Shown: piece by piece, positions 16,256 through 25,317 of the stretch | How positions within the stretch are numbered: the first letter of the stretch is position 1 | Layout: every line of letters begins with the position of its first letter | Source of the DNA: Thermoplasmata archaeon | GTDB taxonomy: Archaea > Thermoplasmatota > Thermoplasmata > Lutacidiplasmatales > UBA184 | Assembly: GCA_035622275.1 (NCBI GenBank) | Contig: DASPVQ010000020.1 | Coordinates: forward strand, 86,067 to 150,066 | Reading direction: 5' to 3' | Length of the DNA stretch: 64,000 nt | Notes under the pieces: model-generated | What the model was told of the DNA's origin: nothing | The model's input: the letters and a program-made list of their open reading frames with translations, nothing else | Database searches by the model: none | Made by a program: the position numbers and the translations under genes

Positions 16256-17731
16256 ATGGCGATGCGGGAACCGGCCCCGCTGGACCTGTTCGCGTCGCGA
16301 CTGATGCGTCGCTTCCGGATTCCGGGACTATCGCTCGGAATCTCGAGGAACGGCCGACCGATTTTGTCCCGGGGCTACGGCTGGCGCGACCGCGAACTTC
16401 GACGGCCCGCCTCCTCGAAGACGGTGTACGGGATCGCCTCGATCACGAAGTCGTTCACCGCGCTCGCCATACTGCGGCTCGAAGAGGAAGGACTCCTGCG
16501 GGTGACGGACCCCGTCGTGCGCCATCTTCCGGAGTTTCGGAGTCCGAATCCCCGCTGGACGGCGAAGATCTCGCTCCACCACCTCCTCACCCACTCCTCC
16601 GGAATGCCGCCGTTGGCAGGGACGTACCTCTCCCAGCTTCGTTCGCGCGCCCGCGACCCGTCCTTCGACGCGCGCTCCGTCCGGCGGGTGGGCATCGACC
16701 TTGAGGCGGGGCCGCTCGACAGCTTCGAACAACTGCTGGAGTACCTCACTACGGTGCGGTACCAACCCATCGCTCCGCCGGGCCATCAGTTCAGCTACTC
16801 GAACGAGGGGTTCATGCTGCTCGGGGCGGTGATCGAGCGCAGCGCCGGCCGCACCTACGAGAACTATCTCGACGAGCAAATCCTACGACCGTGTGGAATG
16901 CGGCACACGACCTGCGATGCCGGGATCATGCTTCGCTACCCGGAAGTCACCACCCTGTACTCACCACAACGAATCCGATCCCGCGTGCGGATGGTCCCCT
17001 CCCAGAACTGCGGCATGGCCGGGATCCTCCGACCGGCGGGTGGACTGCTGACCAATATCGAGGACCTTCTGCGCTACCTCGAGATATTCCGCACCGGAGG
17101 GAGAGCCGGCCGGGAGCGGATCCTGACCCCGAAGAGCGTGAGCAAGATGCTCCGTCCCGCCATCCCCATCGACACGGACCGTTTCTACGGCTACGGCATC
17201 GTGGTTCGACCCGCCTACCATGGTCACTTGGTCGCGTACCATGGCGGCGGGACGAAGGGCGTCTCCTCAGAGTTCGCGGTCGTTCCACGCAAGGGCATCT
17301 GCGGGGCGGTTCTGGCCAACGTGGAGCGCGTCCCGTCGTTCAACGTCCTGTTCGCGGGGATCAATCGACAGCTCGGGTTACCGATGTCGACCCCGTTCTT
17401 CGAGACGCCGTCCGTGGTCTCCCGCGCCGGTCCGCTCGCGGAGTTCGAGGGGTGGTACTGGGGCGGGGACGGCTTCAAATGCAACGTGAGGGCGGGTCGG
17501 CGCGAACTGACCCTACGTTTCTGGGAGCTCGATGGTAACACGCACGTCGTCCGCGCGGCGCCGTGCGGAACCGATCGATTCTTGATTCGGCTCTTTGGCC
17601 TTCCGTGGACCATCAGATTCGTGCGGGATGCTTCGAAGCGGGTGTCCGCGGTGTTCGTGTCGTACTGGTGGTACCGTCGCCGCACCGAGCAAGAGGTTCG
17701 ACACGGCCGACGAAACCGGTTCGCCTGGTGA
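16256..17731 (+). CDS. Serine hydrolase of the beta-lactamase / penicillin-binding-protein (class C-like) family
   Basis: The SxxK active-site motif SITKSF is present, along with YSNEGF (YxN-like) and HGG (KTG-position) motifs. It is 491 aa. Confidence 0.75.
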   Translation: MAMREPAPLDLFASRLMRRFRIPGLSLGISRNGRPILSRGYGWRDRELRRPASSKTVYGIASITKSFTALAILRLEEEGLLRVTDPVVRHLPEFRSPNPRWTAKISLHHLLTHSSGMPPLAGTYLSQLRSRARDPSFDARSVRRVGIDLEAGPLDSFEQLLEYLTTVRYQPIAPPGHQFSYSNEGFMLLGAVIERSAGRTYENYLDEQILRPCGMRHTTCDAGIMLRYPEVTTLYSPQRIRSRVRMVPSQNCGMAGILRPAGGLLTNIEDLLRYLEIFRTGGRAGRERILTPKSVSKMLRPAIPIDTDRFYGYGIVVRPAYHGHLVAYHGGGTKGVSSEFAVVPRKGICGAVLANVERVPSFNVLFAGINRQLGLPMSTPFFETPSVVSRAGPLAEFEGWYWGGDGFKCNVRAGRRELTLRFWELDGNTHVVRAAPCGTDRFLIRLFGLPWTIRFVRDASKRVSAVFVSYWWYRRRTEQEVRHGRRNRFAW

Positions 17732-18067
17732 GGGCGAAGTCCCGAGGTCCCCACGAGAACGTGACTCTCGTGCGACGGGAGTCGAAGTTCATCAGGAGGA
17801 TTCGGATCGGGCTCGATTCCGTTCCCCGTCGATGGCGGAGCACGTCCCTCGACGCGCTCCATCGACGACCTCGACCTCCCTCGCCGACCTCGCGGACGGA
17901 CCCCCCGGCGAGGTTCTTCACAGGTCCACGACACCGGCGTCTTAGGCTACCCGAGCGTGCACGACAGCACGGTCGGACGGTACGCCGAGGTGGGAACCCG
18001 CGAGCTGAAGGACGCCTTGGATTCGGCCACCGGCCTGGGGGTGTGCACCGCGATCGGCAACCGACCA

Positions 18068-18083
18068 CGAATCCGCTCGGGGC
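18068..18083 (+). repeat. Direct repeat copy 3 (16/16 identical to tRNA-Gln 3' end)
   Basis: It sits in a high-GC region with no convincing ORF. Identity ends after GGGGC. Confidence 0.6.
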
Positions 18084-18812
18084 GGTCCGAGAGCGATTTC
18101 TGCCCAGTGCCCACATGAACACAACGATCGCGGCGGCCCGGCCGTCGCTACGCCACCAAAATTCGCTCCCTGCCCGTACCTCTCTTCCACGCCGTAGCGA
18201 CTGGTCCGACCGCGTTCGGGGGTTCGAACGGGCCACCGCTCCTTTCTAGGAAAGCAGCGCCGTTACCGACTGTCCGACACGTTCGCGGAAGCGGCCACGG
18301 CGAGGACTTGGCCACGCGAGAGGCCGGTCTTCCTCGGGAGGCTCGGTCCCGATCGTTCACGCCATGCGGGACGCTTCGGGCGAAGACTTCCGGGGCGGGG
18401 TCGAAGATTAGGTCAGAGCTCGACCGGAACCAAGGGGTGGATGCCGGCAACGCGCGGGACATCCTGATCGTCGCGGGGCGAGATCGGATGGCTGGCTGCG
18501 TCCCGGACGCGCTCGCCTTCGTCGAACTCGCGCAAGCCCGAAGAGTTCGGGTCGTCGCGGCTCCTCGAGCGACCGACACCGATTCTCCGGCAAGCCGGCG
18601 GACTCCCACCCTACATCCCCGGGCCGCGGAGTTCGAGAGTGAACTGACGCCGGAAGCGGACTCGAGCCGCGATCGCGGCCATCCCGGAAGGCCGCCAGCA
18701 TACCAAGACCCGGCGCGAGCCGGGCCGATCGCGGACGATCGTTCCCGAGGCCGCCGCACGGGTCCGCAGCTCGAAGGTTCGCGCGACGCACCGCTGCTCG
18801 GAACCCAGACGG

Positions 18813-19298
18813 TCACCGACCGCGAGCGGCCCGGGATCTCGCATCGGTCGCCAGGGCTTCGTGGCGATGGGGGTGCTCGTGCCCCGTCGTTCCCCCGGCG
18901 ACGGCCGGGGTGCCGAGCGTGTATCGGCCGTAGGCGATGCCCTTGACACCCCGCAGGTCCTCAGCGGCGGCGACCACCTCGTCGCTCCTTCCCACGAGAC
19001 CGATCAGCTGCATGCACGAGCCGCCCTCGAGATGGACGTGGGAGGAGGACCGGACGTGCGTCCCCCAGCGATGCTCGGCGGCGGTGAGCCGCTGGAGGAC
19101 ATTGGGGGTGTCATGTCGGTACACGAGCAGGACGCCGGCCACCGAATCGGAACCTGGGTCGCCCAGCGAGCGTTCCGCGAGCTCCTTGCGAATGAGAGCG
19201 CGGATCGCATCCGACCGGCTACGGCAGTTCCGCTCCTTCACCCAGCTGTCCAGAAGGGCGAGGAGCTCCCGTTCGAGGGAAACGCCCAGGCGCACCAC
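18813..19298 (-). CDS. nikR: Nickel-responsive regulator NikR
   Basis: An N-terminal RHH (VVRLGVSLERELLALLDSW...RSDAIRALIR) is followed by a C-terminal ACT-like metal-binding domain with His/Cys ligands (HVHLEGGSCMQLIGL, HEHPH). The GTG start choice is approximate. Confidence 0.7.
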   Translation of the reverse strand: MVRLGVSLERELLALLDSWVKERNCRSRSDAIRALIRKELAERSLGDPGSDSVAGVLLVYRHDTPNVLQRLTAAEHRWGTHVRSSSHVHLEGGSCMQLIGLVGRSDEVVAAAEDLRGVKGIAYGRYTLGTPAVAGGTTGHEHPHRHEALATDARSRAARGR

Positions 19299-19505
19299 GT
19301 AGTCGCCCCTTCGTTGCCGCAGATGGGCCGCCGGGACGGCGACATCTCCCGCTAGCGTTCGTCGTCGCGGGTGCCTCACCGTACCGCTCCTTTCGGGGAG
19401 GCGAGCTCGACTCCGTTCATAATGGTACGGATGGGGTCCCACCCGGCGCGACGCGTGCGTGTTACGATTAAGAAATACGACCGAAGCAGTTAAGAACCGC
19501 CGCGG

Positions 19506-20675
19506 TTGGCACGCTCAGTGTCTTTTGCCTCGACCGAGATTCGGAACCCGATCGTCCTTTCCCGACAGGAGTGGGTCAAGGTCATCTTGATCTACGCCGG
19601 CATCGCCGCCGCGACCGGCGTCGGGATCTATCTTACCTTCTGGGTCGGTACCCAGTACGCGATCTTCTGGCCGCTGGGCATCCTGGCCTACACGCTGGGT
19701 CTACGGCACGGCGTGGACGCCGACCACATCTGTGCCATCGACAACACCACGCGCAAACTGATCCAGCAGGACAAGCGCCCGACCACGGTCGGGACCTGGT
19801 TCTCCCTGGGTCACTCGACCATCGTCGTCGCCATGCTGGGTCTGCTGGTCGTGGCCAGCCGATTCATCGAGAGCAACCTGCCCGCCTTCGAGGCCGACGG
19901 AGCGATCTTGGGCACGATCATCTCCGGAGCGTTCCTCTACATCATCGCGCTGATCAACTTCCTGATCTTCTGGCAGGTCTATCTCATCTACCGGGAACTC
20001 CGGACGGGCCGGCTCGACCAGAAGAAGCTGGACGAGACGCTGCTGAAGCGGGGCTTCATGAATCGCTACTTCGGCAAGCTGTTCCGATTCGTCAACGAGC
20101 CCTGGCAGATCTATCCGATCGGGGTGCTGTTCGGACTTGGCTTCGACACCGCGTCCGAGGTCGCTCTGATCGCGATCACGGTGACGACGGCCGCCCTCGC
20201 GTTCCCGCTGTGGATGGTGATGGTGCTGCCGTTCATGTTCACCTGCGGCATGGTCCTCACGGACACCACCGACGGATTCGGGATGCGCTTTGCCTACGGG
20301 TGGGCCTTCATGAAGCCGATCCGGAAGGTCTACTACAACCTCACGATGACGGTGATTTCGGTCCTCGTCGCCATCGTGATCGGGACGATCGAACTGCTCG
20401 GAGTGCTCGCCTCGGAGCTCAATCTGAGCGGGGGACCGTTCGGGTTCTGGAACACGATGAACTGGTTGAACAACTCGAATGGGCCCGGCGACATCGAGAT
20501 CTGGGGCTGGTGCGGGATTCTCATCATCGCGCTGTTCTGCGGGTGTTGGGCGGTCTCTATCGCGATCTATCGATGGAAACACATCGAGGACGTGGGGTTC
20601 GGCAAGCCCCCGACGCCGGTGAACCCGGTCGACGCCGCGCCGGAGCCGGGCACTTCCTCCTCAGAACCTGCGTGA
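19506..20675 (+). CDS. NiCoT-family nickel/cobalt transporter (HoxN/NixA-like)
   Basis: The signature HGVDADH (HX4DH) lies in TM2, and GHSTIV is present. It is multi-pass. The start codon is uncertain (TTG 19506 or GTG 19518). Confidence 0.75.
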   Translation: MARSVSFASTEIRNPIVLSRQEWVKVILIYAGIAAATGVGIYLTFWVGTQYAIFWPLGILAYTLGLRHGVDADHICAIDNTTRKLIQQDKRPTTVGTWFSLGHSTIVVAMLGLLVVASRFIESNLPAFEADGAILGTIISGAFLYIIALINFLIFWQVYLIYRELRTGRLDQKKLDETLLKRGFMNRYFGKLFRFVNEPWQIYPIGVLFGLGFDTASEVALIAITVTTAALAFPLWMVMVLPFMFTCGMVLTDTTDGFGMRFAYGWAFMKPIRKVYYNLTMTVISVLVAIVIGTIELLGVLASELNLSGGPFGFWNTMNWLNNSNGPGDIEIWGWCGILIIALFCGCWAVSIAIYRWKHIEDVGFGKPPTPVNPVDAAPEPGTSSSEPA

Positions 20676-20909
20676 GCGCGGGATCCCGGTCGAGGATCCC
20701 GGGCGGGCCCGCGGCGAACGGAGACGGGGCAGGTTCCACCGAAGGGGGGGAGCGTGTTCGGCGGCGGACGGCCGTAGGCTACTCCTTCCCTCCCACGTCG
20801 TGGCGAACCGACCCGTCGAGCGCGAGGTCCCGGACACCGACGACCCGCGTCTCCGTGGATATACGTATCCCGACAATATTTACATAGCAAGAACTCATCC
20901 ACCCGCTTC

Positions 20910-22826
20910 GTGGCGGGCGCAACCGCGGCCGTCGACCAGGTCCTCGTCGCGGACGCTTCCGATAAGCAGCTCCGCCGCGCGCTGTCGTTTCAAGATCTCT
21001 TCATGATCTCGTTCGGCGGGGTCGTTGGCTCGGGCTGGCTCTTCGCCGTCGCGGCCTCCTCGCACCTCGCGGGCCCGGCCTCCGTGGTGTCGTGGATCAT
21101 CGCGGGGATCTTCATGATCGCCATCGCCCTCTGCTTCTCCGAGACGGCTTCGGCCCTGCACAAGACGGGCCAGCTCGTGCGCGGTCCGCTCTACACCCAC
21201 GGTGGTTTCACCGGGTACATCATCGGCGCCGCCTACATCCTCGGATCGATCACGGTCCCGGCGATCGAGGCCGAGGCCGTCATCACGTATGCGAGCACCT
21301 ACGAGCCGACGTGGCTGGGTTCGAACGGGCTGATCACTCCGACCGGCCTGGTCTTCGCCGTTCTGCTCCTGGTTGGATTCTTCTTCCTGAACTACGTCGG
21401 CGTGCGCTTCCTCGGCGCCTTCAACACGGTCGTGACGTGGTGGAAGTTCATCATTCCGGTGTTGACGATCATCTTCCTGTTCACGATCTTCCACTCGACG
21501 AACTTCACCGTGTCCGGCGGGTTCATCCCGTTCGGATGGCCCGGGGTCTTCATCGCGATCCCGTCGGCCGGCATCGCATTCGCCTACCTCGGGTTCCGGG
21601 GCGCGGCGCAGTTCTCGGGCGAAGCGAAGAACCCGCAGCGCGACGCGCCGAGGGCGATCATCCTGTCGATCACCGCGGCCGTGATCCTCTACGTCCTGCT
21701 CCAGGTCGTGTTCATCGGCGCCATCAACTGGGGCGCGAACGGTCTGGCGCCGGGCGACTGGGCCGGCCTGAGCTCGGTCACGACGACGCTGTACTCGGCG
21801 CCGTTCTACACGGTCATGCAACAGGCCAGCGTCGCGCTGCTCGGCGGGTTCGCGACGATCCTCCTCATCGACGCCATCATCTCGCCGTCGGGGACCGGTT
21901 GGGTGTTCCTGGGGGAGGCGACGCGCGCGGTCTACGGAGTCGGCGCGGACGGATTCTTCCCGCGGGGCCTATTGAGCATCCAGCGCCGGACCCGGATCCC
22001 TTGGGTCGCGCTCATCGCGACGACGGTGGTCGGCGGGATCTTCATCATACCGCTGCCGTCCTGGTACCTGTTTGCCGGGTTCGTGACCGACGCCTTCACC
22101 ATCTCGCTCCTCATGGGACCGCTGACCCTCTTCGTTCTACGCTGGCACGCCCCGAACATCAAGCGGCCGTTCCAGTTGCCCGGCGCGCTGGTCGTCGGCG
22201 GCCTCGCCTTCGTCGGCGGCTCCCTCGTGATCTACTGGTCCGAGTTCGGCGGGCTCTTCTACGTCTTCTCGGTGATCTTCATGGTCCTCCCGCTGTTCTA
22301 CTTCTTCTACGCACCGCGGAACCTGGGGATCAAGCCGTCCACGGCGCTCGCGATCGGGATCGTCCAGCTGGCCGTGGTGGTGATCGACACCGTCTGGGGC
22401 TACATCAACCTCTACATCGGCAACGTCGTGTCGCTCAGCCCGACGCCCGTCACGGTCTCGAACTCGACCCTCACGATGACCTTCGCGATCTACTACGTGG
22501 TGCTCCTCCTCGCGATTTGGGTGCCCACGCTCGTGACGACGATGCTCGCCCATCCGGACGGCAGGCGCATGATGCGCGCGGGCTACTGGGTCCTGGTCCT
22601 GCTCTCGGTCGAGATGGTGCTCTCCTGGTTCTCGGTGCTCGGCACGTTCCCGTTCGGGCCGTTGAACGGCAACCCGTACATCCCGTTCCCCTACGACACG
22701 ATCGCGATGGCGATCATCGCCGCGGGCATCTACGCCTGGGGCCTCATGAGCGGCTACCGCACCAAGGACCTCGCCGAGGTCGAGGCCCTGATGGCCCGAC
22801 CCGAGGCGGACGCCGCCACGGCGTGA
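20910..22826 (+). CDS. APC-superfamily amino-acid permease
   Basis: It is 638 aa with about 12 or more TM helices. The stretch FMISFGGVVGSGWLF resembles the APC consensus. Confidence 0.8.
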   Translation: MAGATAAVDQVLVADASDKQLRRALSFQDLFMISFGGVVGSGWLFAVAASSHLAGPASVVSWIIAGIFMIAIALCFSETASALHKTGQLVRGPLYTHGGFTGYIIGAAYILGSITVPAIEAEAVITYASTYEPTWLGSNGLITPTGLVFAVLLLVGFFFLNYVGVRFLGAFNTVVTWWKFIIPVLTIIFLFTIFHSTNFTVSGGFIPFGWPGVFIAIPSAGIAFAYLGFRGAAQFSGEAKNPQRDAPRAIILSITAAVILYVLLQVVFIGAINWGANGLAPGDWAGLSSVTTTLYSAPFYTVMQQASVALLGGFATILLIDAIISPSGTGWVFLGEATRAVYGVGADGFFPRGLLSIQRRTRIPWVALIATTVVGGIFIIPLPSWYLFAGFVTDAFTISLLMGPLTLFVLRWHAPNIKRPFQLPGALVVGGLAFVGGSLVIYWSEFGGLFYVFSVIFMVLPLFYFFYAPRNLGIKPSTALAIGIVQLAVVVIDTVWGYINLYIGNVVSLSPTPVTVSNSTLTMTFAIYYVVLLLAIWVPTLVTTMLAHPDGRRMMRAGYWVLVLLSVEMVLSWFSVLGTFPFGPLNGNPYIPFPYDTIAMAIIAAGIYAWGLMSGYRTKDLAEVEALMARPEADAATA

Positions 22827-22862
22827 TCCTACTCTCGGGTTGGGCCCGGGCCGACGGGTCCC

Positions 22863-23765
22863 TCACTTCCACTGGTAGAGGGCCTGGCCGCACTTCTCAC
22901 AGACTTCCGTGTTGAAGTTCGGGTGAAAGCGCGGGTGCGTCATCCGGTGGCACCACGGACACTCGAAGCGCGGTAGCGGGAACGGAATTCCCGCGTCGTC
23001 GTGGAGCAGGTCCATCAGGATCGGCTGGGTCGATGCCGGTGGCATGCCCCGGGACGCTTCGAGCCGGTCGAGGACATGGGAGCATCCCTCGAACGCGGCG
23101 ACGATCCCGGCAACGCGCTCCGGCTCGCTCGTGGTGGGAAGGGTCAGCGTCGCCTCCGTGCCGTACACGGCGAGCGTCGGCAGGTCCCGCTCGGGGTGGG
23201 GGGAGAGGGCGGCCGCGGCGCGCAGGAACCGGTGGACCTCGGCCTCCCGGTAGACGGCCGCCATCCCGGCGTCGTAGGTGTAGACCACCCAGCGCCGGTC
23301 GAGGTCGGCGTCTCCGGTTCGGGTCCCCTTCGCGCTCCCCCGGCCCTGGCGGTACCGCTCGAGGATCCGGTCCGTGCCGACCGAGCCGCGGCTGAAGACC
23401 CGGGGCCGGATTCCGGCGTAGAGCCACGGCATCCGGTAGTGGGGCATCGCCGGTGGGTCGATGAGCCGCACCGAGGTCGTGATCCCGACCTGCATCTCGG
23501 GCGAGAAGAGCCGCGGCTCCAGGAAGCTGAGCTCCCAGAGCCGGCCGGCGGCGGGGCCCACGAGGGACGGGGGCCCGGACGGAGCGCGGCGGCCCGGCGG
23601 TGCGACGGCTCGCTCGCTACGGAAGCCCGGGAACTGGGAGGCCATGCGGGCCGACAGGCGCTTCCAGAACTCGGCGGGGACGAGCGGCGCCTCGATGTTC
23701 CGCATCCGGGCGGCGGTCGAACGGAGCCACCGACCAAAAAAGCTCCGGCTGCCCGTGGCGAGCAC
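22863..23765 (-). CDS. Hypothetical protein with C-terminal zinc ribbon
   Basis: It is 300 aa. The C-terminus carries CPWCHR...CEKCG (CxxC-x15-CxxC). No other recognisable motif was found. Confidence 0.4.
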   Translation of the reverse strand: MLATGSRSFFGRWLRSTAARMRNIEAPLVPAEFWKRLSARMASQFPGFRSERAVAPPGRRAPSGPPSLVGPAAGRLWELSFLEPRLFSPEMQVGITTSVRLIDPPAMPHYRMPWLYAGIRPRVFSRGSVGTDRILERYRQGRGSAKGTRTGDADLDRRWVVYTYDAGMAAVYREAEVHRFLRAAAALSPHPERDLPTLAVYGTEATLTLPTTSEPERVAGIVAAFEGCSHVLDRLEASRGMPPASTQPILMDLLHDDAGIPFPLPRFECPWCHRMTHPRFHPNFNTEVCEKCGQALYQWK

Positions 23766-23786
23766 GGTGCCGGCCCGAGGGCCGCC

Positions 23787-24371
23787 TCACGGCCCCGGGG
23801 GCCGGCTGATCCGGATCCTCCGGATGCGGTGGACCGCGCGGCCACGACGCTCGTCCACTTCGTGCATGGCGACTGAGAGATCGTGACCTCGGACGAGGTC
23901 GAGGAGCGGGCCGACCGATTGCGCCGGCAGGTTTCCGTAGACCGAGCCCGGACCCGCGAAGAACACATGCCGCCGCGCTTCGGCGGTCGAACGCGGGTCC
24001 GCGCCGAGGTCGTCCAGCACCAGCACGAGGCCCACGCGGGACCAGCGGCGCGTGGTGGGCGCGCCCCAGCGGTACTGGTAGGTGAAGCCGCGCGCGTCCG
24101 CGCGTAATGCGATGACCGGGTTGATGAGGCCCGTGCGCAGGCTGAGGAGGATCAACCCGATGCCGAGGACGATCAGGAGGATCGCGAGGACCTCGTCGGC
24201 GAGCGGCCCGGTCCGGGCGAGCGGGCCGACGAGGTAGCCCCCGATCCCGATGAAGGCGCTTCCGATCCCGAGCCCCGTGGCCGTCACCGGGATGCGGGTG
24301 CGAAGAAAGGCGCGCGCCTCCTCGCCGAGGTCGAGCTCGAGCTCGGGCGCCGCCACGCCACGGCCCGCCAT
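23787..24371 (-). CDS. Hypothetical membrane protein
   Basis: Two to three TM helices (GLGIGSAFIGIGGYLV, LAILLIVLGIGLILL) precede a soluble domain. The start is taken at the internal ATG. Confidence 0.35.
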   Translation of the reverse strand: MAGRGVAAPELELDLGEEARAFLRTRIPVTATGLGIGSAFIGIGGYLVGPLARTGPLADEVLAILLIVLGIGLILLSLRTGLINPVIALRADARGFTYQYRWGAPTTRRWSRVGLVLVLDDLGADPRSTAEARRHVFFAGPGSVYGNLPAQSVGPLLDLVRGHDLSVAMHEVDERRGRAVHRIRRIRISRPPGP

Positions 24372-24483
24372 CGCGCAGGGTAGGGCACTGTCCTTATCAT
24401 ACGAGCCTCGGGCATCGCCCGCCTCGAAAACCCGGACGCTCCGGGCGAATCCTAAAGGCGCCGCGGCGAGAGCCCGCGGGGGC

Positions 24484-25317
24484 ATGTCGGTCCGTTCACA
24501 TCGCCCCCGCCCCACAGCTCGCGCCGACTCGGCGCGCTCCAACCTCGCGTCCTGGGAGCGGACGGCCGAACGCTACGAACGGCGGCACGCCCACGCCCTG
24601 GGCCGCGACGGCGGGGAGGCCTGGGGCCTGTTCCGGATCCCCGAGCACACCCTGCGGATGGTGGGCCCGGTCCGAGGGCGCGACGTGCTCGAGCTCGGAT
24701 GCGGCGCGGCCTGGTGGTCGATCGCGCTTGCCCGGCGTGGCGCGCGGGTGATCGGCGTCGACTTCTCCCCCGTGCGGCTCTCGCAGGCGAGCGCCCGGGT
24801 GCGGTCCGCCGGGCGATCCGTCGCGCTCGTGCGCGCGCGGGCCGAGCGGTTGCCGTGCGCGGACGCTTCGTTCGACCTCGTGCTCTCGGACTACGGAGCG
24901 ACGACGTTCGCCGATCCGCGGCGGACAATCCCCGAGGCCGCCCGTGTGCTTCGTCCCGGCGGGCACCTCGTCTTTGCTCACGCGAGCCCCTGGCGGTCCG
25001 TCTGCGAGAGCCCGCGCAGCGGGCGGCCGACGCAGAGGCTCGTCCGGCCCTACTTCGGGATCCACGCGCTGCGCACCCCCGGCTCCACGGAGTTCCAGCT
25101 CACCTACGGGGAATGGATCGATCTCTTCCGGGCGAGCGGACTATCGGTCGAGCGGCTCGTCGAACCGTCCGCGGTCGGGGCCCGCCAGAGCACCTACGTC
25201 TCTCGGGCCGGCCAGCGCTGGGCGCGGCGCTGGCCGATCGAGACGATCTGGAAGCTCGTCCGACTCCCGGGTCCCACGGGCCGCCGGCGTCCGCGCCGCG
25301 CGCGAAGGCCACGCTAA
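24484..25317 (+). CDS. Class I SAM-dependent methyltransferase
   Basis: Motif I is VLELGCGAAWW. Post-I is VIGVDFS. Motif II is FDLVLSDY. Confidence 0.7.
   Translation: MSVRSHRPRPTARADSARSNLASWERTAERYERRHAHALGRDGGEAWGLFRIPEHTLRMVGPVRGRDVLELGCGAAWWSIALARRGARVIGVDFSPVRLSQASARVRSAGRSVALVRARAERLPCADASFDLVLSDYGATTFADPRRTIPEAARVLRPGGHLVFAHASPWRSVCESPRSGRPTQRLVRPYFGIHALRTPGSTEFQLTYGEWIDLFRASGLSVERLVEPSAVGARQSTYVSRAGQRWARRWPIETIWKLVRLPGPTGRRRPRRARRPR

Larger units (their letters stand above)
13712..18083 (+). mobile_element. Two tandem integrase-less genomic islets at the tRNA-Gln 3' end (A: 13712-16196; B: 16197-18083)
   Basis: Three direct repeats of the tRNA 3' end bound the two segments. Islet A is visibly AT-richer (about 55-58% GC against about 70% in flanks) and carries a toxin-antitoxin pair and stress-type cargo. 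No tyrosine or serine recombinase was found. Confidence 0.45.

Noticed and set aside
18209-18232. GGTTCGAA T-loop-like sequence, considered as a tRNA or tRNA fragment
   Set aside because: No acceptor or anticodon stems can be paired around it. It is only a short palindromic hairpin.
13712-18812. Search for a tyrosine/serine recombinase or SSV-type split integrase in the islets
   Set aside because: No R...HxxR...Y or serine-recombinase motifs appear in any frame. The absence of an integrase is therefore reported rather than a gene called.
21092-22915. 607-aa + ORF (Arg/His-rich)
   Set aside because: It is an alternate frame of the APC permease gene. It has no hydrophobic or domain pattern and shows a typical GC3 frame-shadow.
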